A DNA stretch of 64,000 nt from Takakia lepidozioides (GCA_030704615.1 CM060733.1:41044001-41108000); one strand, 5' to 3'. Shown: positions 26,001 to 38,204, counted from the first letter of the stretch. The notes: a model not told the origin generated them from the letters alone. Translations and numbers: made by a program.

Positions 26001-26720
26001 ACTGGAAATTTGGCATAGTCGAGAGCAGCCAGCTCGAAGCGAGAACCATCGAGGTGATGTTGCCATAGGAGCTGCACAAATGGAGCAGGTTGGAGTTATG
26101 CTCGAGGGTACATGCGTAGCATCTGCAGAGACGTCCATGTCGGATTTGAACGACCGTGTGGAGGACATGGGGACCTCAATGCACTCATCTTCCTCGTCGG
26201 AAATGTTGAATACGTCCACACGAGAAGCTATGGAGGGTCTTGATGGTCCAGGTCGGGAATGATTATCGTTGCATACCTCTCTGTTGGCAGTGGCCGCCTG
26301 TCGGTTTCCCGACTCCTCTGTGGATGGTGTGGGCAGCGACTAATTCGGAAACGGAATGGGCATTCCCACAGCTCGGTACAGGATGGTGTCTGATAGGGGT
26401 ACGTGCCATTCGATTCCGCAACCTCCGTCATTACCTAGCACAACAATGGTCTCGTCAACCTGTCCAGGAACATCCTTCCTTTCTTCTTCCAAATAAACTA
26501 TGCCCGGTTTGAGCTTGAATTTGGAACAAAGGTAAGTTTCAGTCACTCTGCAAAGTACTCCCTCGTTTGGGATCCAGCTCTCCCAAGTTGTGGAGGACAA
26601 CAAACTATAGCGTAGGAATTCGGAGCCATCGAACACCGCACGAAGTTAGCAAGTGTGATGTTCACTATAGCGACAGGCCAAGGCTCACAGGCACCTTGTA
26701 AGTGGATCTACGGAGTCCAT
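23032..26720 (-). pseudogene. Spliced Mutator-like (MULE) DDE transposase with GCM-like N-terminal domain and C-terminal SWIM finger; stops and frameshifts
   Basis: GCM/WRKY-like: DGHPW...VRYVLCAGKLRC...CAHC...C...IHVGVHCHP. MULE core: WVMFDH (D1), FMADNAQAN (D2), CGFHW (CxxH), WLGWWHFR, TNMAESVH (E). SWIM: YTITI...PTCNYTDF...CKHLYYV. In-frame stop at 25049-25051. The start ATG at 26720 is tentative. Confidence 0.85.
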
Positions 26721-27019
26721 CGACGATTGGAAGTCGCACATTGAAGTGGAAAGTATTGTTTCAAGCTACATGCATGAAGGTGGGAGGTGTGATTCCATAT
26801 CCACTAAGTCTGACAATGATGGCCGATTCGGCGACGAAATAACATCTCCTGACAGTTTCTCCTGAGGGTGGATCAACCAGTATTCGCGGTGCAGACATGA
26901 ACGTTCGCACTGACAAGTGCCAGGACTGTTAGTTAAAATGGTTAGACAACCAAGTTGTGCTCATTAAGACACGCCGCAATTGTGTTGTTTCGGAACAATG
27001 CAACCCATTGCACATGGCT

Positions 27020-28565
27020 GAATGGGAATGCGGTCCCGCATCCCAGTTCAACATCATCCTCTCGTTGATTGTGATCGGAAATGCGGCACCGCATTTTCGT
27101 CAACAGGGAAACCAAAATACTGGTGCAACGGAAATGCAGTACCACATTTCAGTCCACTGTAAAAGCAGGCCCATGGTGGAACGGAAATGCGGTATCGCAT
27201 TTAGGTCGAATGGGACTAGGAACACACGGTAGAAAATAATAGAGACAGCGCATTTTCATCGACAGGGACACTTTGGATAGGCAGGAACGGAAATGCGGTG
27301 CCGCATTTCCGTCCGGTCTCTTTCAATGGAATCCAGTGGACGGAAATAAGGTACTGCATTTCTGTCCGGTGTGCTACTTTTGATTGCTGTTGGACGGAAA
27401 TACGGCGCCGCATTTCCGTTTTGCATCTCAGGCATGCACCAATGCGACGGAAATGCGGCACCGCATTTCCGTCCGGGGGAAACCTTTATACTCTCCAGAA
27501 CGGAAATACGATGCCGCATTTCCGTCCAACAAGCACGGTATGTGATAGTGGAACGGAACTGCGGTACCACATTTTCGTCTGATTGAAAATCATGAACCAC
27601 TGGAACTGAAATGCGGCACCGCATATCCGTCCGAGTCGCACATTTCCAACATTCCACAACGGAAATGCGGCACCGCATTTCCGTCCGGGGGAGACCTTCA
27701 TACTCTCCAGAACGGAATTGCGGTGCCGCATTTCCGTCCAACAAGTACGGTATGTGACAGTGGAACGGAAATGCGGTACCGCATTTCCGTTCATTGAAAA
27801 TCCTGAACCACTGGAACTGAAATGCGGCACCGCATTTCCGTCCGAGTCGCACCTTCCGACATTCTAGGATGGAAATGCGTCGCCGCATTTCTGTTTTGTA
27901 TCTCAGGCATGGAGGTGTGGGACGGAAATGCGGCACCGCATTTCCGTTGAACAAGTAAGGTATGTGACAGTGGAACGGAAATGCGTTACCGCATTTCCGT
28001 TCTGATTGAAAATCGTGAACCACTGGAAGTGAAATGCGCCACCGCATTTCCGTCCGAGTCCCACCTTTCGACATTCCACAACGGAAATGCGGCGCCGCAT
28101 TTCCATTTTGTATCTCAGGCATGGAGCTGTGGGACGGAAATGCGGTACCGCATTTCCGTTGAACAAGTAAGGTATGTGAAAGTGGAATGGACCGCATTTC
28201 CGTTCAACAAGTATGGTATGTGAAGGTGGAACGGAAATGCGGTACCGCATTTCCGTCCGAGTCGAACCTTCCGACATTCCACAACGAAAATGCGGCGCCG
28301 CATTTCCATTTTGTATCTCAGGCATGGAGCTGTGGGACGGAAATGCAGCACCGCAATGCCGTCCGGGGGAAACCTTTATACTCTCCAGAACGGAAATGCG
28401 GTGCCGCATTTTCGTCCAACAAGTACGGTATGTGTACCTTCGGGATGCTACGTAACGGAAATGCGGCGCCGCATTTGTGTTTTCATTCTAACTTATTAGA
28501 CGCTGGGACGGAATTGCCGTGATATATGAACACGTGGACCAACGGATTTGCGGCACCGCATTTAC
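27020..28565. repeat. Array of ~29 palindromes ACGGAAATGCGG-NN-CCGCATTTCCGT with ~27 bp spacers, 53-bp period
   Basis: Repeat starts at 27287, 27340, 27394, 27447, 27500, 27553, 27605, 27659, 27712, 27765, 27816, 27869, 27922, 27975, 28028, 28081, 28134, (28187 partly deleted), 28231, 28284, 28337, 28390 and 28455. Degenerate copies occur at both edges. Confidence 0.95.
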
Positions 28566-28837
28566 ATGTCTGCACTATATCTGTCTGAAGTGGCAGGAGG
28601 CGGCGCGGCCTGACCGTTGGTTAATGATGTTTGTTTTTCAGACAACAGCCGTACCCTTGACAATTCAAATTTCATAATGACACATAGTCCACGAGGAGAC
28701 ACTTTCGTCCCAGCCTTTCGAACCCAAGTGGTGCATCACTGCCGTTTCATCTTCTTTTGTTGTGTCTACTCAGTCACCCCTCTCGCGCCCTTTCTATCTG
28801 CACTCTTCACCCTTTTTCCCTGTCTCTGTTCTTCTTA

Positions 28838-31770
28838 TGCTCGAACCTGAGAGGGAGGGAGTTCGTGCACCAAAGAAGAGACATCGTCGCAAGCTCCGCA
28901 AATTGTACTTCGGACGTAGGCCAATGCCGAAGGGGAGGAAGCAGATGCGTCTTCAGGAGGAGATTGCCATCTCGCAGTAGCAGGCCACGCAGCCACCAGT
29001 GAGAGCTCCGTGCTATCGGGATGCGCGCAGCTGATCGAGCACCGAAACCCCCCTCATTTTTCTTGTGCAATTCTTAGACTGTATGCTAGGAGACTTGAAT
29101 GCAGAAGATGTGCACTTGTCGCTAAGCCGAGCGTATATGACCAGAACGGGCAGTACAAGTGTCACACAGCCTATCACAGCCCATCAGAGTGTGGCACAGT
29201 CTATCACAGCCCATCACGGTGTCACACAGCCTATCACAGCCCATCACGGTGTCACACAGCCTATCACAGCCCATCACAGTGTCACACAGCCCATCACAGT
29301 GTCACACAGCCTATCACAGCCCATTACAGCGTGACACAGCCTATCACAGCCCATCACAATGTCACACAGCCTATCACAGCCCATCACAGCGTGACACAGC
29401 CTATCACAACCTACCACAGCGTGTCACAGCCTATCACAGCTTACCACAGTGCAACATAGCCTATCACAACGTACCATAGTATGACGCAGCCTGTCACAGC
29501 TCAACACAGCCTACCAGGGATACACAGTCCATAGGATCAGTGACGTGCATGCCTAACTGGAAAGGTGGAGGTGCTGGAGGGATCGCAAGAATCCGAAGAG
29601 CCGCAGGAAGAGTCCGTGGAGCTAGCTGCAGCACGCACACCCAGCCGATCCACGAGCACGGGTCTTCCTGCCGGGCCTAGCCCTGTGCGTTTCAAGGACG
29701 CGGCTTAGAAGGGCAAGTCTTTACAGTTCAAAGCCCCAGAGAGCGACTCGCGTTCGAAGGTCATGGAGAATCGGCAGCAGGGGTCGGGCTCTTCTCTAGC
29801 AAAGACGAAGAAGAAGCAGCCCGTCCTTCAACTGGTTTCTGAACCGGACCAGGCCGTTTCCCCCCCACCCAAGCGAATGAAGCAGAAGGGTACAGGGCAG
29901 ATTCAAATGCAGCATACACCTTCACCTGCAAGAAAAAGGAAGCAGAAGGCAATAAGGGGGAGGGCGGAGCAGTCTCCCGCAAAACCGATTCCACGAGCTG
30001 AAGCCCAGTTCCTGCTTGATTTCCAGCTTGGTGATGTTGGGGGCGTCTTTGCTGCAGCGAAGGCAATAGGATCGACCGATTTCGTCGATCTGTCAGCTGA
30101 GGAGGGTGCTGCTGCTCAACGTTCGCAGCAAGACCTTACCACCGTTGAGGAAGATCTTCAGAATACTGCAGGTCCGGAGGAGGCCTCTGCAATGGCAAAA
30201 TTGCCCGCAAAGATTCCCCAGAGTGCAGCTCCAATTGGGGATACTCCAGCTGCTCAGCCCCTAGCGCCACCTGTAGAAATGTCTCCGAAGGAATTCCAAA
30301 GTGCAGCGGATACAATGTTGGAGGAGACACACAGTAGCATTGGCAGAGTTCTGGGCAGCAGGGTATTCCAGCGGACTCTTCGAATCCCACTCTGTCACAT
30401 GGTCTCCCTTCCCATCGTCAGGCAGGCACTTCCTGGAGATGTGGATAAGCTCAAGTTCGCATTTCGAGAAGGGTACCGTCTAGGTTCGCCAGCCTTATAC
30501 GTTTCCATTGAGAATGAGGACGGCAAAACTCGTGGACCCACTGCGGATGAATTGTCAGCATGGGATACCCATTGGCACACTCGCAACGACGAATTCGAGG
30601 CAACGCTGAAGGGTGATCCAGACTTCGGCCATATGTCGGGTAAAATATTCTTTGTGTGGGACGGGAATCACCGACTTCTTGCTTGGTGGGAGTACATCAA
30701 GCAGAACCATGCCAAGCATATTGGCTGGCATTACATGGTGGAGTGTGTCATCCTTAAGGTGAAGGCGGCAAACTCTTTCCTGCTCAAGAATGCCATGGCG
30801 GACCTCAACTCGTAAGATACTCATACTCTCCCAAGCATGTTCGAAATGCGGTGCCGCATTTCGGTTTCCAATCTGTTTTGTTTCCGTGCCCCCGTGGACT
30901 GAACTGGAGAGTGTGCCTTGCAGGGTCACTGAAAATGCGTACGTGCATACCCAACATGGCACATATGCTGTACAGGGTGAGGAAAACTGGTCTCACTGAT
31001 CCGCACATGTTTGCGGAAATGCTGGAGCCCGAGCTCATTCAGAAAGCCGTGGCAAAAACAGACCGCACATGGTATCGTCTCACTATGGATGGAATGGTGG
31101 AGGTGATATACGAAGTAAGTCGTCCTCCCATATCCCTCTGCTAATCCTTCCCCAATGAACACGAATTGCGGGCAGAGTCGAGCGACTACATTGCGTCCTT
31201 GTTCTATGGCGAAGGGATGGCGGCTGTCAACGTTTTTGGAGGCGTATGTTAACATCGGCTCTCCACGTAAGCATTTCATTTCCATTTCCAATTTGATTTT
31301 TTTTTCCATTTCCATTTCCGAAACACATCTTTGGAACCTCGCGCGATCACGCGTTCATTCTATTTACTCAATGGTTTGCATCTTTTGCAGGCTAGGAACG
31401 TCCGAGTCCTCGATATAAATCACAACCTGAAAAAGAAATTATGCGCGAATAAGGTTGCCGCTAACTACACACTCCTCTACACGGAGAATGAGGACGGAAC
31501 CGAGGTTGGTGATGACACATTGGGAGGGCAGGAGACCCACAAGCACAATGACGAAGGAAATGACAACAACGATGACGATGACGATGAAGACGACGGACAA
31601 AGAGATCTGCAGACAGAGCAAAACCAGGAAGAAGGTGACGGAAACGAAACTTTGGAGAAAAATGAAGAACTGAGGGAGTTGAGGAAAACAAGGGCAATTA
31701 CCAACACGATGATGCCGTCAACAATTTCTTGCAAGAGGAGACACCAGCTGAACAAGCAGGGAGGGTAGTA
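28838..31770 (+). pseudogene. Multi-exon gene encoding a ParB/Sulfiredoxin-like (DGNHR) protein with a long basic, low-complexity N-terminus
   Basis: Exon 1 ends at 28998 (K/R-rich). Phase-0 intron 28999-29564 has a CTAAC branch point. Exon 2 (29565-30811) contains IPLCHMV...VRQAL...FFVWDGNHRLLAW. Intron 30812-30923 follows, then further GT-AG exons (30924-31113, from ~31391). TAG stops at 28978 and 29706 and one frameshift near 30950. The 3' end is uncertain. Confidence 0.7.
29158..29512. repeat. CACAG minisatellite (10-bp subunit, 30-bp higher-order unit) in intron 1 of the ParB-like gene
   Basis: GTGTCACACAGCCTATCACAGCCCATCACA repeated ~11 times, decaying toward the 3' end. Confidence 0.9.
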
Positions 31771-32622
31771 CGAAAAGAAAGCCACCATCCACAGGCCCAG
31801 ACAAATACCCGTGAAGGAGACAATCCCGAGACAACTGTGCTGTCTTCCTCCACTGAAGAAGTGGGGGGAGTCAATGTTATGTAAAGGATAACGCTGATTC
31901 TAGAGACGTCTTCGATAAGGAGATTTCAGAAATAGACTCAGGGATGGGATTCAGTCCAGTGGAGGGGGATATGCCATTACGGATGTCACCATATCAAGGT
32001 TCAAGCCAACGAGTTGGAGACATCGTTGATGGTCAAGCATTTAGGGCATTGGTCGGCGATCATAACTCTGTTGACGTGAGTATTGCACATTACGAGCTGT
32101 CCTGACACTTGTAAAACCCAATTTATAACAAACTTGATATAACATCAGAATCTTTTATCAATGGAACTAATAACCTATTGCTCTGTGATAGTCTCGTAAA
32201 TGAATCGAAATTTATACGGAAGTCTAATTACCCGCATTTTCTATAGATCGGTGAGTCCAATACGGAGGAAGTGACACATACCAGAACAAACGACACACAA
32301 CAACGTACAATGAAGAAACAATACGACTTGAGAGTGAGGATATCATCGCCCAAGGTGGCAGCTTTAGAAACCGCGGGCGATCACGCGAGGTTACTTATAC
32401 GAGGGGTCGACAAAAACATACCGGACGGTGAAAGACCCATCGCCGGGGGAATTGGCGGCGAAACCTCATCCGGCTCTGAGCAAGTGCCGCCAAAGCTGAT
32501 ACTTCATTATCCGCCTTTTGCTTTCATTTCTGCATTCCATTGCGAAAAACTTCAAATGAATTAATAATTATTTCCTAATGGGCAAGATGATATGATCTAT
32601 CCACCACATGACTATTCCCAAG

Positions 32623-33059
32623 TGTAACAAGGTAGAATCTAGAAGGTTCTAGATGGAGGAGGAAAGTTCCCTAGAAATTTCCAGAATAACTAGGAAGGAT
32701 TTTAAGAAGTTTGACTTAAGGAAGTTTGACTTGAGGCTCTCAAGTCAAACCTCTAAGATATTCATATTATGGATAGTAGGTCAAATCTTTGATAAAGTCA
32801 TATTGTAGAGAATATGTCAAACTTACAAAGGTTGAGTTTAGCAAGTATCTTTGATAAAGTCATATTGTGGAGAATATGTCAAACCTAGGAAGGTTGACTT
32901 TAGGAAGCTTTGATTTGAGGCTCTCAAGTCAAACCTTTAAAATAATCATATTGTGAAGGGTATATAAACTTGCAATGAAAGCCTAGAAGGCATCGAGTTG
33001 TTTTGGGAAAAAGTTGAGAAGTATTTTTATTCTAGTTTGTGTAGATCCTGGGTGTTACA
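32623..33059 (+). repeat. 5' LTR of element 1
   Basis: TGTAACA...TGTTACA; direct repeat of 38205-38641. Confidence 0.95.
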
Positions 33060-33715
33060 ATGGTATCAGAGCCTAGTCTTTCTTAAAGTTGGGAATGAAT
33101 ACATTCTTTAAGAGGATTTGATTAAGATGTTTTTTTTTAGAGATTTTTGTTGTTAATATTTTTAAGTGTTGAATAGATAGTAGTGATGGTGCGCCATAAC
33201 GATAGTATAAAATTTTTATGGACTTAAATCAACCCCCTTTCCATGATTTTCCTTCGGAGTGTGAGTTTAAAATTATATGTCGTCGTAAAGCAGAAATTAG
33301 AGATATGATAGTACAGAGATTTGGAGAGGAATAATATCAAGAAGTGTTACAAAATCCACGACCTGTCGTCTTTCCTATAATTAGAAATTAAAAAGTATAC
33401 ATATGTGTATATACATAGCTCATGGATCGAAGTATATATTTTCCGCCTAATTTTCCACCGCCAAATGTATTTAGTATCAATGTGCGCGCCATCGACAAGC
33501 ATCATCTTGTGAGATTTTTAGTTGCAGAATTCATGAACCTTGTCATGAGTTCAAACGTCCCTTTTGTATTACCAATACTCACGTACGGGATGGTTTGGGA
33601 TTGCACTATTTACATACTGTATTAAGATAAGAGAATAGAGATAGTATACATTAATTTTAGAAGACAAACACCACGAAGGAAGGAGTAGTGGAGCAAGATC
33701 GCGGACAATGAAGAA

Positions 33716-34732
33716 ATGGTGGACAACGCACACACTACTCATCAAGCCAATGATCAGACGGTATGGATAATGGAACGCTTACACGAATTGCAGAATGCTC
33801 TTGTCACGACCCAACAACAAAACAACATGTTGATGGAGGAGCTTAAACAAGTGAGACAATCAACCGCCCCAAGACTGGTTGCTGATAGGTCGGATACGTT
33901 GCTGCAAAAGATGACCAAAACATGCAATGTCGAGCCGTATAAAGGAAGTCGCGCGATGGGAGTGCTGGAAGGATGGATTTATCGATTGGAGGTACATCTG
34001 TCATATTTCCCTACATCAAGTGATTTGCACCACGGAATGTTCATACGATCTTTTCTACTCGACAATGCTTCAACATGGTTACAGACATGGGAGAGAAGAC
34101 AGATTGCAAAAGGAGAACTTTTACTATGGAGCACCTTGAAAGCGGGACTGCTCCAACAATTCAAGGCAGTAGATGCTGTTACAACTGCTCGAATGAAATT
34201 ATGGAACTTGGAACAACGCGAGAGTGTGCAAAACTACATTGAAGATTTTTTTAATCTTCAGGTCCAAATCGAAGACATGAGTCCTACAGAAACTTTAGAC
34301 AACTTCAAAAGAAGATTGAAGAAGAAAATTCAAGGAGATGTAATTTTACGCAACCCGGTTGATGTCCACGAAGCAATTTCATTGGCCCAAAAGATTAAAG
34401 GGACGCTACCAAAATACGACGAAGGTATACACGTTCCATTGAACCAATACGGACCAACGCCTATGGAGCTTGGAAATCTTCGAAAACGGTATAACTTCCA
34501 ATACTCTCAAAGAAATAGGCCGGGAATCAGATATGGGGAAGATAACACACAACGGCGAATGAAATTGAATGACAAGGATGTGACCTCCTCAACATTCTCA
34601 CGAACAGAAGGACAAAGGGAAACTCGACAATGTTACAACTGTGGAAAATACGGACATCTTGCAGCCAACTGCCGAAGTGGAAGGTACAATCGACAAACTT
34701 ATCGAAAACCTCTTAACAGTTTAAGGAGATGA
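33716..34732 (+). CDS. gag: Gag of LTR element 1
   Basis: Retrotransposon gag (ASTWLQ, LEQRESVQNYIEDF), PTPMELG motif and CYNCGKYGHLAANC knuckle. Confidence 0.9.
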   Translation: MVDNAHTTHQANDQTVWIMERLHELQNALVTTQQQNNMLMEELKQVRQSTAPRLVADRSDTLLQKMTKTCNVEPYKGSRAMGVLEGWIYRLEVHLSYFPTSSDLHHGMFIRSFLLDNASTWLQTWERRQIAKGELLLWSTLKAGLLQQFKAVDAVTTARMKLWNLEQRESVQNYIEDFFNLQVQIEDMSPTETLDNFKRRLKKKIQGDVILRNPVDVHEAISLAQKIKGTLPKYDEGIHVPLNQYGPTPMELGNLRKRYNFQYSQRNRPGIRYGEDNTQRRMKLNDKDVTSSTFSRTEGQRETRQCYNCGKYGHLAANCRSGRYNRQTYRKPLNSLRR

Positions 34733-34879
34733 GAAGATAACGAAAATCACAATGAGCAGGAAAACGAGGACAACCAGTAAGTAGACCCCGCGGTCTTACT
34801 GGTTCTACAAAGAAGAGGAGAGGCGAGGGGCCCTACAAGGAGAAGAGACAAATCAATCATGCGGGCAAGAAAGAGACGC

Positions 34880-37800
34880 AGTTAATTGTGGCAGATGGAA
34901 CCTTGGAAGATATTCATGTGAGAGTGTTAATAGACCCTGGGGCAACATAAAACTTCTTATCTAGAAAAGCTGCCTTGAAACTAGGACTCCCCTTAGAAAA
35001 GGATAAAAGAGAGGAAGTAGAAATGTCAAATGGACATACAGAGGCCATTGAGACACTACCTAAAAACATAGAGTTGTCGATTGGTAAATATAGAGAAACC
35101 TTAGAATGACGAGTGGTCAGACTGGCTCGATGTGACGTAATATTAGGCATGTCTTGGATGGAATCTCACAACCCTGATGTTGATTGGCGTAGAAAGATAG
35201 TCAAAACCCAGAATTGGAAAATATGGGGAGATCGAGTGAGGACACAATTGAAACCTACCATCATTTGTTATAGGTACTACAGCTATATGTAAAAAAGACT
35301 TATAATTTGTAGGTTTAATAAGAGACGTAGAAAATCCAAAAAAAAACATGAGTGAGGTCCTTATAGAATTACAGAGTGTATTGAAAGAGTTCAAAGATGT
35401 CTTTCCAGATGACCTACCAGCACGGCTTCCGTCGAAGAGAAGAGTAGATCATAAGATTGAGGTTGTTCCAAGTAGTACTCCTTCTTGTAAAGTCCCTTAT
35501 CGATTAGCACCAAACGAGTTGGAAGAATGTAAGGCTCAAATCGAGGACCTACTATCAAAAGGCTTTATAAGACCAAGTGTATACCCGTATGGAGCGCTGG
35601 TGTTGTTTGTGAAGAAAAAAGATGGAGCAATGCGCATGTGCATTGATTATCGAGCACTCAACCAACAGACAGTGAAGAACAAGTACCCGTTACCACGCAT
35701 GGACGATCTATTTGACCAACTGCGAGGAGCAAAATATTTTACGAAGCTTGATCTGAGGAGTGGATACAACCAAATTCGAGTCGCTAATGAAGATGTATAT
35801 AAGACCACTTTCCGTACTAGGTATGGAGAATACATGGTTATGCCATTTGATCTCATCAATGCCCCAGCCACATTCATGGGCCTCATGAATGATATCTTTC
35901 GCCCATTCTTAGATATATTTGTGATAGTCTTTTTAGATGATATTCTGATCTATAGTAACAGCCTTGTCGAGCATAGAAACCACCTCAAACAAGTATTACA
36001 AGTTTTCCGTGAGAATCAGCTATATGCCAAAGCATCTAAATGTGAGTTTGGAAAACAAGAAGTAGATTATCTTGGGCATCGCGTGAGTAGGGAGGGAATT
36101 GAGGTAATGAGTGAGAAAATAGAAGCTATTCAGCAGTGGATAGCCCCTGAAGACATTACCCAATTAAGGAGTTTTCTTGGCCTTACTAGATTCTACAGAC
36201 GATTTGTATGGGCATTCTCAAAGATTGCCCAACCATTGACAAATTTTTTGGGCAAAGGAATTAAAGAGAAGTGAGGTACAGAAGAGGAGTTAGTATTTCA
36301 GGCCTTGAAGGATGCGTTGCTTCATGCCCCGATCTTGAAATGGTATGATCCGACAAGACTAATCAAGCTCTCGGTAGATGCGTCAAACTCAGCAGTGGGT
36401 GGGGTATTACAACAAGAATGGGAAGATGGATGGCACCCAGTGACATATTTTTCTCGCAAATTGTTACCTGCGGAACAAAATTACCATACAACCAAACGAG
36501 AAGAATTGGCCATTGTTTTGGGTACAAAACATTGGAAGCACTATCTTGGAGACAAAGAGTTCATAGTGGAGATAGACCATAAACCGTTGGTGTACTTGGA
36601 GACACAAAATGATCTATCGAAGGGACAGATTCGTTGGGCGGAGTGGCGACAACAATTTAATATGAAGATCGTCTATGTGGAGGAAAAACGACAATTGGCA
36701 GATGCAATGACAAAGATGCCGCGCATAAACACATTGACAGAAATCAACATTCAACCCGATTGGTGGAACAAGATAGCGACGGCTTCTGAAGTTGATGGGG
36801 AGATCGTGGACGCTAAAAAGAAGGGCAAAGTGACAGAAGTTCGAGGGTTGGTATTCAAGGAAGGTAAACTTTGGATCCCTGATGAACCTGCATTGAAGAC
36901 AAAAGTCTTGTTTGAAGCTCATGATACGACGATAGCATGATATGTTGGAGTTGAAAAAACATTCGAACAACTAAAACGAACATTTTATTGGCCGCGGATG
37001 CGAGACGAGGTGGAGGCGTACGTTCAAAGTTGCATGAGATGTCAACAAAACAAGTCAATAAGCCGCAAGTCAGCAGGTCTTTTACAACCACTACCAGTAC
37101 CAAACAGACGTTGGGAACATATGAGCATGGATTTAGTTTGTGAGTTACCTCAAACCTCATCGGGATACGACACTATAGTGGTCTTTGTAGATAAATTGAG
37201 TAAGATTGATACACATCCATCCCACTAGAAAATCCGTCACTGCACCTGAACTAGCTCGATTATAACTCGAAGTAGTCTATTCTCATCATGGGCTATCTAA
37301 AATTCTCATTACTGACAGGGGTACCCAATTTACTAGCTTGTTTTGGAAAAGCTTATTTGGTCTTTTTAAAACCAAATTAGCTATGTCAACAGCCTTCATC
37401 CGGAATCAGATGGACAGATAGAGCGAGCAAATCGTACAATTGAAGACATGTTGCGGGCCTTTACATTAGAAGAACAAGAAGAGTGAGATTAGTTATTACC
37501 ATTGGTAGAATTTTCATACAATAACTCGGTCAACGCGTCAACGAAAGACTCTCCTTTCTTTTTGATGTATGGTGAACACCCAAATGTGCCAACAACTCTT
37601 ACGAAGTTCAATTTACCAAAAGAGGAGTTATCTAAGGTAGCCGCGACTAACGCATTTGTGCAACAAATTCGACGGGGAGCACGTCAAGCTAAAGAGAAGC
37701 TGATGGTTGCCCAAAATCGCCAAAAGCAGTATGCAAATGCACGTCGACGGGATGATGAGTTTGCAGTTGGGGATCAAGTGTGGTTGTCTACAACCAATTT

Positions 37801-38195
37801 ACACATCATTGGATCGCGAAACTAGGGGCATGGTTCATTGGTATTTTTTTGATCATTAAACGCATTGGAGCAGTAGCATACAAATTGGAGTTACCACCAC
37901 ATTTCACGTTTCTCTACTACGTCGTTACGAACCTCGACCATCAATATTCAAAGATAAGCAAAAACCACAGCCTTTACCAAGTTGATAGACGAAAATGAAG
38001 AGTGGGAGATCAACCGTGTTATGAAAAAATGCACATACAAACGAGGGTGACATGAGGTGTTGGAGTATTTGGTTTTATGGAAATGATTTCCATTATATGA
38101 AGCTACCTGGGAACCGGTGCAAAATCTCGCAAATGCTCAATTGGCAATTCAAGCTTTTGAAAATTCGAACAACGAGGACGTTGCTTCTTGAAAGA
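34880..38195 (+). pseudogene. pol: Pol of element 1 (protease, RT, RNase H, integrase, chromodomain) with stops and frameshifts
   Basis: [47 protein letters not shown], and degenerate chromodomain EEWEINRV...EYLVLWK...EATWEP. Confidence 0.92.
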
Positions 38196-38204
38196 GGGGA
38201 GGAT

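Larger units (their letters stand above)
18875..31770. mobile_element. Putative large multi-gene Mutator-like element (SET + MULE transposase + palindrome array + ParB-like gene); termini not resolved
   Basis: Three spliced genes cluster here, and the GAAATGCGG-NN-CCGCATTTC motif is shared across their non-coding parts (22253, 22619, 22757, 27020-28565, 30842). No TIR or TSD was seen. Inclusion of the SET gene is inferred. Confidence 0.5.

Noticed and set aside
27216-28522. ORFs over the palindrome array (e.g. 313 aa at 27256-28197)
   Set aside because: Open in several frames on both strands with repeated GNAAPHFR/RKCGTAFP; a by-product of the repeat.
27020-28565. Bona fide CRISPR array
   Set aside because: Eukaryotic context, no cas genes, degenerate repeats, and spacers recur in higher-order blocks as expected from tandem duplication.
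29010-29479. His/Thr-rich repeat ORFs
   Set aside because: Translations of the intronic CACAG minisatellite.
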